Assembly: GCF_004010195.1 (NCBI RefSeq)
Contig: NC_057718.1
Location: forward strand, 17,399,875 to 17,422,672
DNA: 22,798 nucleotides
DNA from: Chiloscyllium plagiosum
Lineage: Eukaryota
Reading direction: 5' to 3'
Positions 10,516-21,674 of this stretch are shown piece by piece (position 1 is the stretch's first letter; each line of letters begins with the position of its first letter). The translations under genes and the position numbers were made by a program. The notes below the pieces were generated by a model, which worked only from the letters and a program-made list of their open reading frames with translations, made no database searches and had not been told where the DNA came from.

Positions 10516-12076
10516 CCCCTGAAATGATTACGATAGAGTTTTAAGCTACATTGTTGGTTTAATCTTTGCTTAACACACAATTTGGTAAAGTAACTGAAGC
10601 CAGTGCTTGAAGGAGGAGTTTTAAACAGCCGATTGTTACTTAAAATGTCTACAAGCACTACCAAAGAGGCTGCATGTCATTTTGGTGCCAGTACTGCATC
10701 TAACACTCTCATAACAGTAGATAACTATGAGTGGACATGAATTTAATGTTGATTTCAAGTGCTACTTAAAGGGATACTTATTCATGTTTGTTTCTGATGG
10801 AGCTGTGGAGAGAACCACTGTAATGCATTGGAAGATTTTGGAACATGCAGCAGGATCTTGTTTCAGAATGTCAACGTTGGAGTCACACAGGCCTCCCTAC
10901 ATAACGTGTGAAATAGTTACTTGGATGTTATCTTCCTCCATTTAGTCATTTATTTGCCAAAGGGCAGGCTCATAAACTAATTAAAAACAATAGCAGGCTC
11001 TTGAAGGTGGTGGATTAGTAGAAGGCTATCCAGAGCATATGTTCTTTCCAACTTTGTAAACTTTTAAATAAAAATGAGTTTGATCAGCTGGTCACCATTT
11101 TTGAGGTAGAATCTTTCTAGATGATAGCTAACAGCTGTGGAGTGCTCAAAGCCGATCCGGAGCAATGGCTCATTGGTTTTCCATCAGGTAGGTGTTTTCA
11201 TGAAACAGTCTAGTCCTTGACATCTCAGGGTGTTTGGAGACCAACTGATAAATTCCAGTCAGCCTCTGATAATGAACCTTTAATTTGAGTTATAATTGCT
11301 GCTTCAGTTACTGTATGCAACAGATAATAATACCACTTGAAATAAGCATTCTGGTTGGATTAAGAACCCTACTTGTGTGGTTTCTGGTCATACTCTCGAA
11401 GCCAGTTGCCACTTCAGTCATTCAAGGGTGCATGTAACAATTATGTTGATCTACAATAAGTACTCGTCAGATAACATAGTTATCATTAAAACATACAAGG
11501 TCTTCCTGCTTGATTTGGTATTGTTTCACTGTCTCACAAACTGCTTTTAAATTACTTTTGTTACAGTACAGTTTAAGTTAGAATTTGCCTTAAGTATAGA
11601 CTATATAAAAGTTACTACTGTAAGCTTTTGATCAAATGGTTTTCTTCGCCTCGTCTTTCCTTTATATACTGTTCCTTAGTGGAAGAGACTTTGTAAGATC
11701 TGTGCCAACATTGTTTAGATACTTCTCTATAAAGGAAAGAAACATGTTGCTCTGCTTTTGTATCCTTTACTACCTGGACTAAATGGGAGCAAGGTGATGA
11801 AATTTTGGATAGTTTGGCTGTGTATTCATATTATGCTGGTCCTTGATGCCTGTTGAGACAGAATATCATAAATATGTTGGAAATTCAAAGACAGTAAAGC
11901 TTAAACATCTGATATTCTAAACATAAATTTTGATTTGTATGTAATTTTTGTTTGAGATACTTCTGCATTATATTGAAGATTATATTATTTGCTTGAGATA
12001 AAGTTGAATTTCTGCCAGATTGTGGACAGTCAATTACCTCATTGCCATTCTGTTAATGCATCTGTTTTCTCTCTAG

Positions 12077-12185
12077 GATTTGGAATGCACTGACTGATAA
12101 CTATGGTAATGTAATGGCCGTGGACTGGAAGACATCGCACACCCGTGCTTTGCACCTGCCAACATTGAATCTGTCAGAAAAGGCG
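12077..12185 (+). CDS. FEZ2: Internal coding exon (probably exon 2) of fasciculation and elongation protein zeta-2; first full codon at 12078
   Basis: Acceptor TCTGTTTTCTCTCTAG (AG 12075-12076), donor GTGAGT (12186-12191). Translates IWNALTDNYGNVMAVDWKTSHTRALHLPTLNLSEKA, matching recalled vertebrate FEZ2 IWNALTDNYGNVMPVDWKSSHTRTLHLLTLNLSEKG much better than FEZ1. Confidence 0.93.
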
Positions 12186-13349
12186 GTGAGTAATTCACCA
12201 TTGACTGGCTTGGGCAACGTTGAATCTGTAGACTTTTCTTTCTGCTGACAAAATCAACTTGTCAATTATGTGAAACTGTCATGGGTTACTACATATGATT
12301 TATAAATAATAGTTGTATTTTTATGCCCAATCTTTTGGCAATTGATGGTTGAAGTACCAATAACAAAAAGCTTGTTTAAATAGATGTAGGTTTATTATCT
12401 TTTTTTAATATTGGTATTTTCATGCAGAATTTGTAATTATTGTGTCCCTTTGATCTGCTTATGGCACCAGACTTATATATTCAGATAAAACTGTAAACTC
12501 TTCCAGAATTCAAATGAAAACTCTGCAAATATAAAGGCAGTTTGATGACCTTGTTTAGGCACGGCTGCCAGTTCAGTTTTGGATGTGGTTCTTCATAGTT
12601 TAAACACCCAGGCACTTATAGCAGAGATTGACTGGGAGATTACCCAGTTCTCTTCATTCTAACCAGGAATAATGTTGTCAGTTCAGCCTTGTTTGAATGC
12701 TACAAATAGGAAATAATATATAATATCGACAATCCACAGATATTACTGTTCCCTACTGCTAAAACCTCTCTAATAAATCCAATTTGGCGTTCCTGTTGCA
12801 AGCTTATAAGCTAATGAATGAAATCTGAAATCCCTCATTCCTTTGCTATACTCTAGTGGAAGAGACGTAAAGGAATTCTAACACATTCCATGTAACTCTG
12901 TAATATGTCAAAGAAATGTTTTTGACTTTTGAAGCTGCAACAACCTTTATAAGGGTTGTCTGATACATTAAGGGGACTACACAGTTCATTGAGCTAGTCA
13001 CACATGGCAAATCAAAGTTAAAGGAAACGTTATCATTGTTACACTTTACTGTCTCTCTGAGGTGCCACCTTTAGTCGTCTTGAATCCGTCCAAAGCTGCT
13101 ATTGGCTCTCTTTTTCTAGTGAATAGTTTCTTGCATATTCCAACATGGAGATTACCCATCTGTGTACTTGAGTGAGACTTTGTACATCTATCAGGTTTTT
13201 TAAAATGTAAGGCTGTTGATTTCTGAATCCAAATACAGTACAGGAAGTTATAGTCTGAGCCATACTGAGTTAGTTAATTGAAGAGGGTGCTTACAATTGA
13301 ATCTGGAGGTAAGATTTTCTCTTCGCTATTGTAGCTAAATATACTTCCA

Positions 13350-13866
13350 GATATTCAGCATGTACTTCTCAAAAGACAGAAGAACCCTGCCTGATTTTGC
13401 CTGCAAACTTTCAGATATTAGAAGTCGCAACACTAGGTTTACTTGGAAGTACAGTACTAGCTTTTGGAGTGCTGCTCCTTCATCAGGTAGCTGTGGAGCA
13501 GGATCGTAAGACACAGAATTTATAGCAAAAGACTAGATTGTCATGCAACTGAGACGATATAGTGAGCAAACCTAGATTGTTGGTTTGTTCAATATATCAT
13601 TTCAGTTGCATGACACTGCAATCTTTTACTGTAAATTCTGTGTCTTATGTTCCTACTCCACAGCTACCTGATGAAGGACCAGCACTCCGAAGACGAGTAC
13701 CTCCAAATAAACCTATTGGACTATAACCTGGCATTGTGATTTTTAACATCTGAAAGTTTGCAGGCAAATCGGGTAGGGTTCTTCTGTCTTTTGGGAAGTA
13801 TATGTTGGATATCATGCTCCTTTTGACTTTGTCCACCTCTGTCCAACATCGAAACCACCACTTCAT
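13350..13866 (+). mobile_element. Older Penelope-like remnant of a second family: long imperfect palindrome (arms 13350-13572 and 13582-13813) plus 3' tail
   Basis: Arms ~85% complementary by hand alignment; contains CTGATGAAGGA..CTCCGAA..CCAAATAAACCTATTGGACTATAACCTGG and tail CTTTGTCCACCTCTGTCCAACA; decayed hammerhead cores at 13668-13696 (+) and 13458-13486 (-). Confidence 0.75.
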
Positions 13867-14864
13867 TACTTTCAGATGTGCCATTTGGATTGTCCTACAA
13901 ACCACAAGCTAGGCAACAAGCTACGTGATTCTCTTAGAAAATTCTAAAATTGTGGGCAAAAAATGAAATTCAAAGTCAGCTAGAATTTAGAAAGATTTAT
14001 TTTTGTGATACTTAATAATGTGACTTGTCCAGCCACTTTTCTTGTGCAATGCAAAAAGCATTTAATTTCATTGTCTCTCTTTGTCTACGCACAACAACGC
14101 AGAACTTACCTTCAAACATGAGTCACAGGTAGTGAGCAAAGGTCATTGTGTAAAATCTATCGAAGATGTTTCATGAAAACATTTGTAAGCATTTATTACT
14201 TACTTCAAAAACATGTGTACTGTTAATTGAACCTGTTCTTTTTTGAGATTTTATTCTTGAGTATTTGTGCACAGCTATTCCATCCAATTACAGAAGATAG
14301 TAATAAATAAAAATCAGAAGGCTACCAATGTTTTTAATCAATTGAGACACTTGTCTGAAAGTGAGCATCTTCATTGCTGATCCTGTAAATTTTGTTGACA
14401 TCTAAATGAATTCAAACTGAGTTAGGCCAGCGAACACAGAACATTTGTGACGATACAACTGTCAAAAAAGTATGAAAATGGAAATGATTAACCAATGCTA
14501 CAAAATATAATATTTAATGCTGCAGTTATAACTAAACTGCCGTATATTGGCCTACCATTTGGGAATTGTGCCCTTTTTTGTGAAGCCGGTTATAATTGGT
14601 AATATGACAATGATTAGGGGAACCTCTATTTTGATTAACTTGAAGAAAACTACTTCCTACAATGAATTGTGGCTGTGTATTCAGAGGAATAAATGCTATT
14701 AAAACTATTTTGAAGAATTTTAAAAATAAAATGCAGATTGATTTTCTGTCCACCAATACATGCCTCTATGCTTTTATATATTTATCTAGTTATTGAAATT
14801 AAGTTGATCTATTAGTATCTTGCTCATAAACTTGAAGGGTGTGCTAATCCTGATGGGTAGGACC

Positions 14865-15669
14865 TTTTACTGTAGCTTTTTTCAATTCTGTATGCATTTC
14901 TAAGAATGACAAACTATACAAACATTCTTAATGTTTCATTCACAGTGGTTTATCTACTTGATATATCAAATTCACAGTAGAACTGCCTATATTGAGTTAA
15001 TTAATATTCTATTATTTGCATGACTAATGAATGTAAAGATCTCATCAAACTGTTTTGATGTCTTGGAGAATGTCCTTCTTTCAACTGAATATTTCAAAAT
15101 AGATTAGCTGGTCAGTCATGTCATTTAATTTGCACATAGGTTCCAAAAAAAAGTAATTGATCTGTTTTGCTACATTACAATAGTGATAGTTTAAGAAGAA
15201 TGTTCACCATCATCTTCTCAGGAAACAAGTGGGGAAAAAATGACAGCCTTGCCAATAACACCCATATCCCAGGAAATTTTTTCAAAAAGATGAAACTAGG
15301 CAAAAGGCTTCTGCACAGTATGAATAGTGATTGTAACTCTTTTGAAAATGGATGGAGACAAATAGTTAAACAGTAGAGAAGCCAAATTTGACTTTTTGAA
15401 TGCACACAATGGAGGGAGTCAAAAAGTCATCTTGGTCACTGCAGTAAGGGCATAGATATGGGCAGATTATGAACATAAAATGCATTAAAATGAAATGCAC
15501 AGTTGTTCCATTTTTACTGTAGCTTTTTTCAATTCTGTATGCATTTCTAAGAATGACAAACTATACAAACATTCTGTTATTGTTTCATTCACAGTGGTTT
15601 ATCTACTTGATATATCAAATTCACAGTAGAACTGCCTATATTGAGTTAACTAATATTCTATTATTTGCA
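14865..15669. repeat. Spaced direct duplication: 14865-15020 (156 bp) and 15512-15669 (158 bp)
   Basis: Copies differ only by a 2-bp indel and about 2 substitutions; 491 bp of unrelated sequence between them. Confidence 0.95.
15202..15290 (+). mobile_element. Decayed 3' tail of a CR1/L2-group LINE
   Basis: TTCACCATCATCTTCTCAGG...GCCTTGCCAATAACACCCATATCCCAGGAA resembles a recalled common shark LINE 3' terminus. Confidence 0.45.
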
Positions 15670-16206
15670 GTTAATTTTGATTCTTTTTCATCTGTACTAA
15701 AGCATTCAACATGTTTTTAGTATTCTGTTGTGAAAAAATTTGTAATGAGCTTTGGCTTGGGCATAAAACAGCAGACTTTTGAAGGAAAAATGAGAGAGGT
15801 TTCAGAAATAACTACTTTACTTTATATTAACATCCGTCCAAATCAGTTATAGCAGGCGTTCTATTTCAGAGGGGATCTGACTTTTGTCAATTGCAGCTGA
15901 GAATTTGCAATTCAACTGACTTCATCGTTGTTAAACTAAATTCCAGTTAGCTGCCCAATTGTCTTAATTTCCTATTATAAATTTATCTGATGGGGTCCCC
16001 ATCAAAAAAGTTTGTGGACCCAGTTGCCCATACAGTACCAAAAGATTACAGCTTGCAGTCATTCCAACTCCGGAATTAACTGGTATGATTTGAAGGACCT
16101 TAGACCCAAGAGGCTCTTCCTAATGTACAGCAACCAGTTACCAGGCATTTCTACAGTTCTGTACAGAATTAATGTTAGGAGTTCATACTTCACACTCACC
16201 AATGAT

Positions 16207-16256
16207 TGTGTGTGTGTGTGTGCGTGTGTGTGCGTGTGTGTGTGTGTGTGTGTGTG
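16207..16256. repeat. (TG)25 microsatellite with two CG interruptions
   Basis: Directly visible; explains the VC/HT-repeat ORFs. Confidence 0.98.
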
Positions 16257-18012
16257 ACACAGAGAGACAGACAGTCCAGGGTACGGATTCCTCATCTGCA
16301 GGCCTTAATAATTGTTGCCCGTTATACTCTGACTTTAGATCCGTTGTCACTGTTGTAAAGAGTTCTCATTTAGGTTTGTTATGTCACCTTTACAAGCTGT
16401 ACCAAGTACATCAATTCCGTTACAATCCCAGTGGGGAGCTGTGAACCAAAATGCAGAAATTATCAAGATGGTTTTATTCTTTGTAACTTCTACTTTAATG
16501 TGAATGAGGATCACTGCAAATTAAACATGAATTAACAGACAAATTATATTTCAAATAAAGGTGAAGGTAAATTTCACCTTAATTAATTCAAAAAGTTTTC
16601 TACAAGTACAAGCAGCTGTGTGATTCCTCACAGATGTAGCACAGAGTCTACTTCCAAAATTCTGTAACATTGGATCTCTTGCTTTTCTAGTCAGTTGATT
16701 CAGCCCTCTAGTTGTGTTCATTGGCAGCGTACCTAGAAACAGTCATTGTCTGAATGGAGCAAATTATAGAGCCTCCTTAGTTAGGTTTGCCACAGTCTTG
16801 AAGACCAGTGTTCCCAAGGAACTTCTTAATGCAAGTCCTCTAATAAATACCATTAAATAGGCTGGTCAACTCTGGCAAAGATGTAGAAGCAAAAGTAAAA
16901 TTGTCAAATTCACCACACTACTTTTACCCTGCTTTGGTTCGCTGTTTTGTTTAACTGTATTGCATACAGCTGCTTGTAAACAGACATCTGTTCACCCTTC
17001 TGCCGCAATGTTGTTAGGGAGTTCTAGGATTTTAACCCAGTGGCACTGAAGGAGCAGCAATATATGACCAACTTAGGATGGTGAGTGGGTTGGAGGGGGA
17101 ACTAGCAAGTGGTAACGTTCCATATATCTGCTGCCCTTGTCCTTCTACGTGGTAGTGATTATGGATTTGGAAAGAGCTGAGTAAGGACACTTAGTGAATT
17201 CTGCCCTGCCTCTGTAGGTGGTATAATGTGTGTTGGTGGCGGAGGCAATGAACGTTTGTGAATGTGTTGCCAATCAAATGGATGCATTGGCCTGGATTGT
17301 GCTAAGCTCCTTGATTGAGATGGAAGTTGTACACATTCAGGCAAGTGGAGTTTTCCATAACCATCTCATAGATTGTGAATAGGTTTTTGGGAGACAGGAG
17401 ATTAGTTATTCACTCTGTGATTCCTAGCCTCTGACTTGCTCTTGCAGCAAAAATATTTGTGTATGAGCCATTTCAGCTTCTGGTCAACAATAATGCTAAG
17501 CATGTTGATGGTGAGGGATTCAGTGATGGTAATGCCACTGATGTCTTGGACTGATAGTTAAGTTCTCCTTTGTTGCAGATGGTCATTGCCTGGCATCTGT
17601 GTAGTGTGAACGCTAATTTCTGATCAGTCTAAAACTGGATATTGTCCAGGTTTTGCTACCTATGGATGATGTGGACTGTTTTATTAACTGATGAATTGTG
17701 AATGGTGCTGAACACACTGCAATTATCAGCTAACATCCCCAATTCTGACCTCCTTTATAAATCAGCTGAAGGTAGTTGGGCCTAGGCCACTCCTGTAGAG
17801 ATGTCCTGGTATGACTGAAGTCCAACAATGACAACCATCCTTCTTTGTGCCAGGTATGATTCTAACCATTGGAGCGTTTTTCCCACATTTCCATTGACTC
17901 CAGTTTTGTCAGAGCTCCTTGATGCTATACTTTATCAAATATGACCTTGATATCAAGGGTAGTCATTCTCGCTTCACCTCTGAAATTCAGTTACTTTGTC
18001 CATGTTTGAACC

Positions 18013-18150
18013 AAGCCAGAACTGACTCCTCCAACGCCTAAAGAAATCCCAATGGCTGATGAAAGCTTGAAGGGTTTAATAGCATCGTTTAAGTCCGGGG
18101 CTTACAAACATGTAACTGTAAAGGATGCCCTAAGGAACACACTGGTGGCC
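18013..18150 (+). pseudogene. ATP5MG: Internal processed fragment of mitochondrial ATP synthase subunit g mRNA
   Basis: Translates KPELTPPTPKEIPMADESLKGLIASFKSGAYKHVTVKDALRNTLVA; aligns ungapped to recalled human subunit g KVELVPPTPAEIPRAIQSLKKIVNSAQTGSFKQLTVKEAVLNGLVA (25/46 identical by my count). Confidence 0.88.
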
Positions 18151-18342
18151 AGTAGAGTGGCCCTGATGGAATCTAAACTGAGCGTCAGTGAACAGGTTAT
18201 TGCAAAATATGTGCTGATCGATTTTAATGATGATCACTCCTATGACTATACTGATGAGTGTAAACTGATGGGATAGGAATTGGTTAGATTCAGTTTGACC
18301 ATTTTTTGTACAGGATGTATCTGGGCAATTTTCCACATTAGT

Positions 18343-19095
18343 TCATGAGCCCATAAGAAATAGGAACGGGAGTAGGCCATTTATCCCCTTGAACCTGCTC
18401 CACCATTTAATACAATCATGGCTGCTCCGACACTCTTCACTTTCACTTTCCTGCCATTTTCCTATAATACATGATTCTCCAACTGTTCAAGAATCTATCT
18501 CAGCCTTACATAAACGAGGGCTTTTATCCCAACAGCTTTCTGTGGCAAGGAGTTCCAAAGGCATTCAAACCTCTGAGAGAAGAAATCCCTCCTCATCTCA
18601 GTTTTAAATGGGAACCCCTTAATTCTGAGACTATGCCCTCTGGTCTTAGACTCTCCCATGAGGGAGAAACATCCTCTCAGCATCTATCCTATCAAGCTCC
18701 TTAAGAATCCTATATTTTTTTAAATGAGAGCACCTCTCATCCTTCTGAACTCCGATGAGTAGAGTCACAACTTGCTTAAACTTTTCTCATAGAAGCTCCA
18801 TATCAGGTGAACCTTCTCTGTACTGCCTGCAGTGAAATAATATCTTTTCTTAAGTGAGAGGACCAAAACTGCTCCAGATGTGGTCTTAACAGCACTTCAG
18901 ACTTCCGTACTCTTATATTCCAACCAGTTTGAAATAAGGGCTGGTATTCCATTGACCACTTTGATTACCTGCTGTACCTGTGTGCCAGCTTTGTTTTATA
19001 CACAAGTACCCCCAAGTTCATTTTGTGTTGCAGTATTCTGCAGTTTTTCTTCCTTTTAAATAATACTGTTCTTTTGTTCTTCCTTCCAAAATTGA
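18343..19095 (-). mobile_element. CR1 LINE 3' portion nested in the older LINE
   Basis: Tail CATAAGAAATAGGAACGGGAGTAGGCCAT; ORF 18495-18683 GESKTRGHSLRIKGFPFKTEMRRDFFSQRFECLWNSLPQKAV is a typical CR1 ORF2 C-terminus. Confidence 0.92.
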
Positions 19096-20387
19096 CAGGT
19101 TAATGCCAACATTGTAGGTGCGTTGGAGCAGCTTGGCTAGGCATGTGGAACATTCTGGAGCAGGAAACTTTAGAATGATTGACCTGATGTTGTCAGGGCC
19201 CAGATCCTTTTGCAGTATTCACCTATTCCTTGGTATCACTTGCAGTGAATCAAATTGACTGAAGCCTTGTACCTGTGATTCTGGGAACCTTTGGAAGACA
19301 CCACAATGGATCATTAATTCAGCACTTCTGGCTGACTGTTGCAAATGCTTCCGCTTTGTCTTTTGCAGTGTGTTGGCTTCTGCATCTTTGAGGGTGGAGT
19401 TATATTGAGAACCTTTACTCCAATGAATCATTTAAATGTCATCTTCCATTCACAAGTGGATGTGGAGGACTGTAGAGCATAGATCTGATTCATTGGTTGT
19501 AGAATTTCTAAACTTGGACTATCACATGCTACTTAGGATTTTTGGCACACAAGTATTTCTGCGCTCACAGGTTGACACCTCATTTTCTTTGGTATGCTGC
19601 TCCTGGCATGCTCTTCTACACTTCATTGAAGCAGGATTGACTCTTTGGCTTGATAATAGTAGAATGAAGGGATATGTCAAACCATGAAATTGGAGGTTTC
19701 ATTTTAGCATAACTCTGCTCCTGGTGGCTCACAGTGCCACATGGATGCCCTTGAGTTATTAGACTTGTTCAATGTCTAACCCATTTAATGCTGTAATAGT
19801 GTTGTGTAGAATAATGAAGAGTATCATAAATATGAATATGGAATTTTATTTCCACAAAGAATGCGATGGTCACTCCTGTCAATAATGTCCTGGACAAATG
19901 CATGTGCCAAATACAACTCCTGAATGTACTTTTCAAACTTTATTAAAACCATTTACAGATTCCATGGATGTCTTAATGAAATAAAAATGTCCTTGCTGTG
20001 CTGCTTTCACATCAAAGGTCATCATACGATCCTGTATATTTCTGTATTTCTTTGGATGTTTGGAATCTGGAGTAATAATCTCTCTCACAGTGTTATATAT
20101 ACCTTGGTGACTATTCATCTTGTTTAATTGTTTTATAATATTGCAAGATATGCCTTATCTTTGAGAAAAGGGAATTGTGATATCCATTTGCTTAGTCAGT
20201 TAAACTCTTAAATATTCCACACAATTCTTTATGACTGTGAACTTTCTAAAATATGAGGCTGATTTTGTCATTTCCAGTTTTTTTCGCAAGTATTGTAATT
20301 TTGGTCTGTTCAGACATAAATTTACACTGTTGGTCTACCAACACTGAATCATTTGCACAGTTGAAAATAATGGAAGTGTGTTGCACT

Positions 20388-21650
20388 TAGCCATAGGGTT
20401 GTATAGCATGGAAACAGACGCTTTAGTCCAACTTGTCCATGCTGACCAGATATCCTAAATTAGTCTAGTCCCATTTGCCTGCATTTGGTCCATATCCCTC
20501 TAAATCCTTCCTATTCAGGTCCCATCCAGATGTCTTTAATGTAGTAATTATATCAGCCTCCACCAGCTCCTCTGGCATCTCATTCCATACAAATATCCCT
20601 CTCTGCGTGAAAAGTTCCCCTTAGGTCCCTTTTAAATCTTTCCCCTCTCATCTTTAATCCTATGCCCTCCAGTTTTGGACACCCCTACCGTGGGGGAAAG
20701 ATCTTGGCTGTTCACCCTATCCATGCCTGTCATGGTTTTATCAACCTCCAAATAGTCACTCCTCTGCCTCCGGCGCTCCAGGGAAGATAGTGCCAGTCTA
20801 TTCAACCTCTCCCTATAGTTCAAACCATCCAATCCTGGCAACATCCTTGTAAATCTTTTTTGAACCCTTTTAAGTTTCACAACAGTTTCCCTACAGCAGG
20901 GCGGCCAGCATTCAATGCAGTATTACAAACCTGGCCTAACCCCAATGTCCTGAATAGCTGCAACATGACATCACAACTTGTATACTCAATGCAGTGATCA
21001 ATAAAAGCAAGCATACTAAACACCATCCACCTTTTCTGTGTATACGTCCCGTCCTGATTTGCCTAGCAAAATGCAACACCTCACGTTTATCTAAATTAGA
21101 CTCCATCTGCTACTACTTGGTCCATCTGGTCAAGGTCATTTTGTACTCTGGTGAAGTAGTGAAGGTTATCTCAATGTTGGTGTCATCTGCAAACTTAGTA
21201 ACTGTACATCCCATGTTCACATCCAAATCATTTATATAAATGATGAAAAGCAGTGGACCCAGCACTAATCCTTGTGGCACACCACTGATCACGGCCTCCA
21301 GTCCAAAAAGCAAGCCTTCGCCACCATCCTTTGTCTACATCCTTTGAGTCAATTTTGCATCCACATGGCTAGCTCTCCCTGGATTACATGTGATCTAACC
21401 TTGCTAACCAGTCTGCCATGCGTAGCCTTGTCAAACACCTTGTCAAACACCTTGTCAAACACCTTGTCAAACACCTTGTCCTTGTCAAACACCTTGTCAA
21501 ACACCTTGTCAAACACCTTGTCAAACACCTTGTCAAACACCTTGCCGAAGTCCAGATGGATAACATCCGCAGCTCTGTCGCCTTCAATCTTTGTCACTTC
21601 AAAAAACTCAATCAAGTTAGTGACACACTATTTCCCCCACACAAAGCCAT
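20388..21650 (-). mobile_element. CR1/HER1-like LINE 3' portion (RT to tail), internally deleted
   Basis: ORFs 21349-21615 (IEFFEVTK..IHLDFGK), 21113-21313 (GVPQGLVLGPLLF, KFADDT) and 20632-20880 (KRVQKRFTRMLPGL, TGGHRIK); tail matches 5183-5394 in reverse. Confidence 0.94.
21426..21544. repeat. 12-bp minisatellite (CCTTGTCAAACA)n
   Basis: 4 perfect units (21426-21473), half unit CCTTGT (21474-21479), 5 perfect units (21480-21539), then CCTTG. Confidence 0.98.
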
Positions 21651-21674
21651 TATTAGTTATTAGTAACATTTGAA

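Larger units (their letters stand above)
17000..19910 (-). mobile_element. Old CR1/L2-group LINE ORF2 (family distinct from HER1), interrupted by the ATP5MG fragment and a CR1 3' insertion
   Basis: Minus strand gives LDIKVIFDKV*HQGALTKLESM (~17960-17890) and NNLFTDAQFRFHQGHS (ORF 18130-18336). ...GGGCAATTTTCCACATT (~18339) appears to resume as ATTGACAGGTTAATGCC...GCAGCTTGGCTAG (~19091). Confidence 0.8.

Noticed and set aside
13350..13813. G-U wobble bias between arms as an ADAR or structure-selection signature
   Set aside because: The outer six mismatches are all G-U, but over the full arms my hand count is about 15 G-U versus 11 A-C.
14865..15669. TRIM or retrozyme LTR pair
   Set aside because: No TSD, PPT, convincing PBS or ribozyme motif; interior is unrelated old TE debris.
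15988..16004. Palindrome TGATGGGG-T-CCCCATCA
   Set aside because: 8-bp arms with no supporting context; compatible with chance.
16012..16444. Cys/His-rich ORFs
   Set aside because: Translations of the (TG)n microsatellite.
18052..18276. Functional 74-aa gene or extra FEZ2 exon; CTGATGA at 18056 as a hammerhead
   Set aside because: ORF is partial ATP5MG fused to antisense LINE, with no good splice signals; CTGATGA lacks helix II and a downstream GAAA.
21272..21673. Repeat proteins (NTLS)n, (VKHL)n, (RCLT)n, or a CRISPR array
   Set aside because: Other frames of a spacer-less 12-bp tandem repeat.
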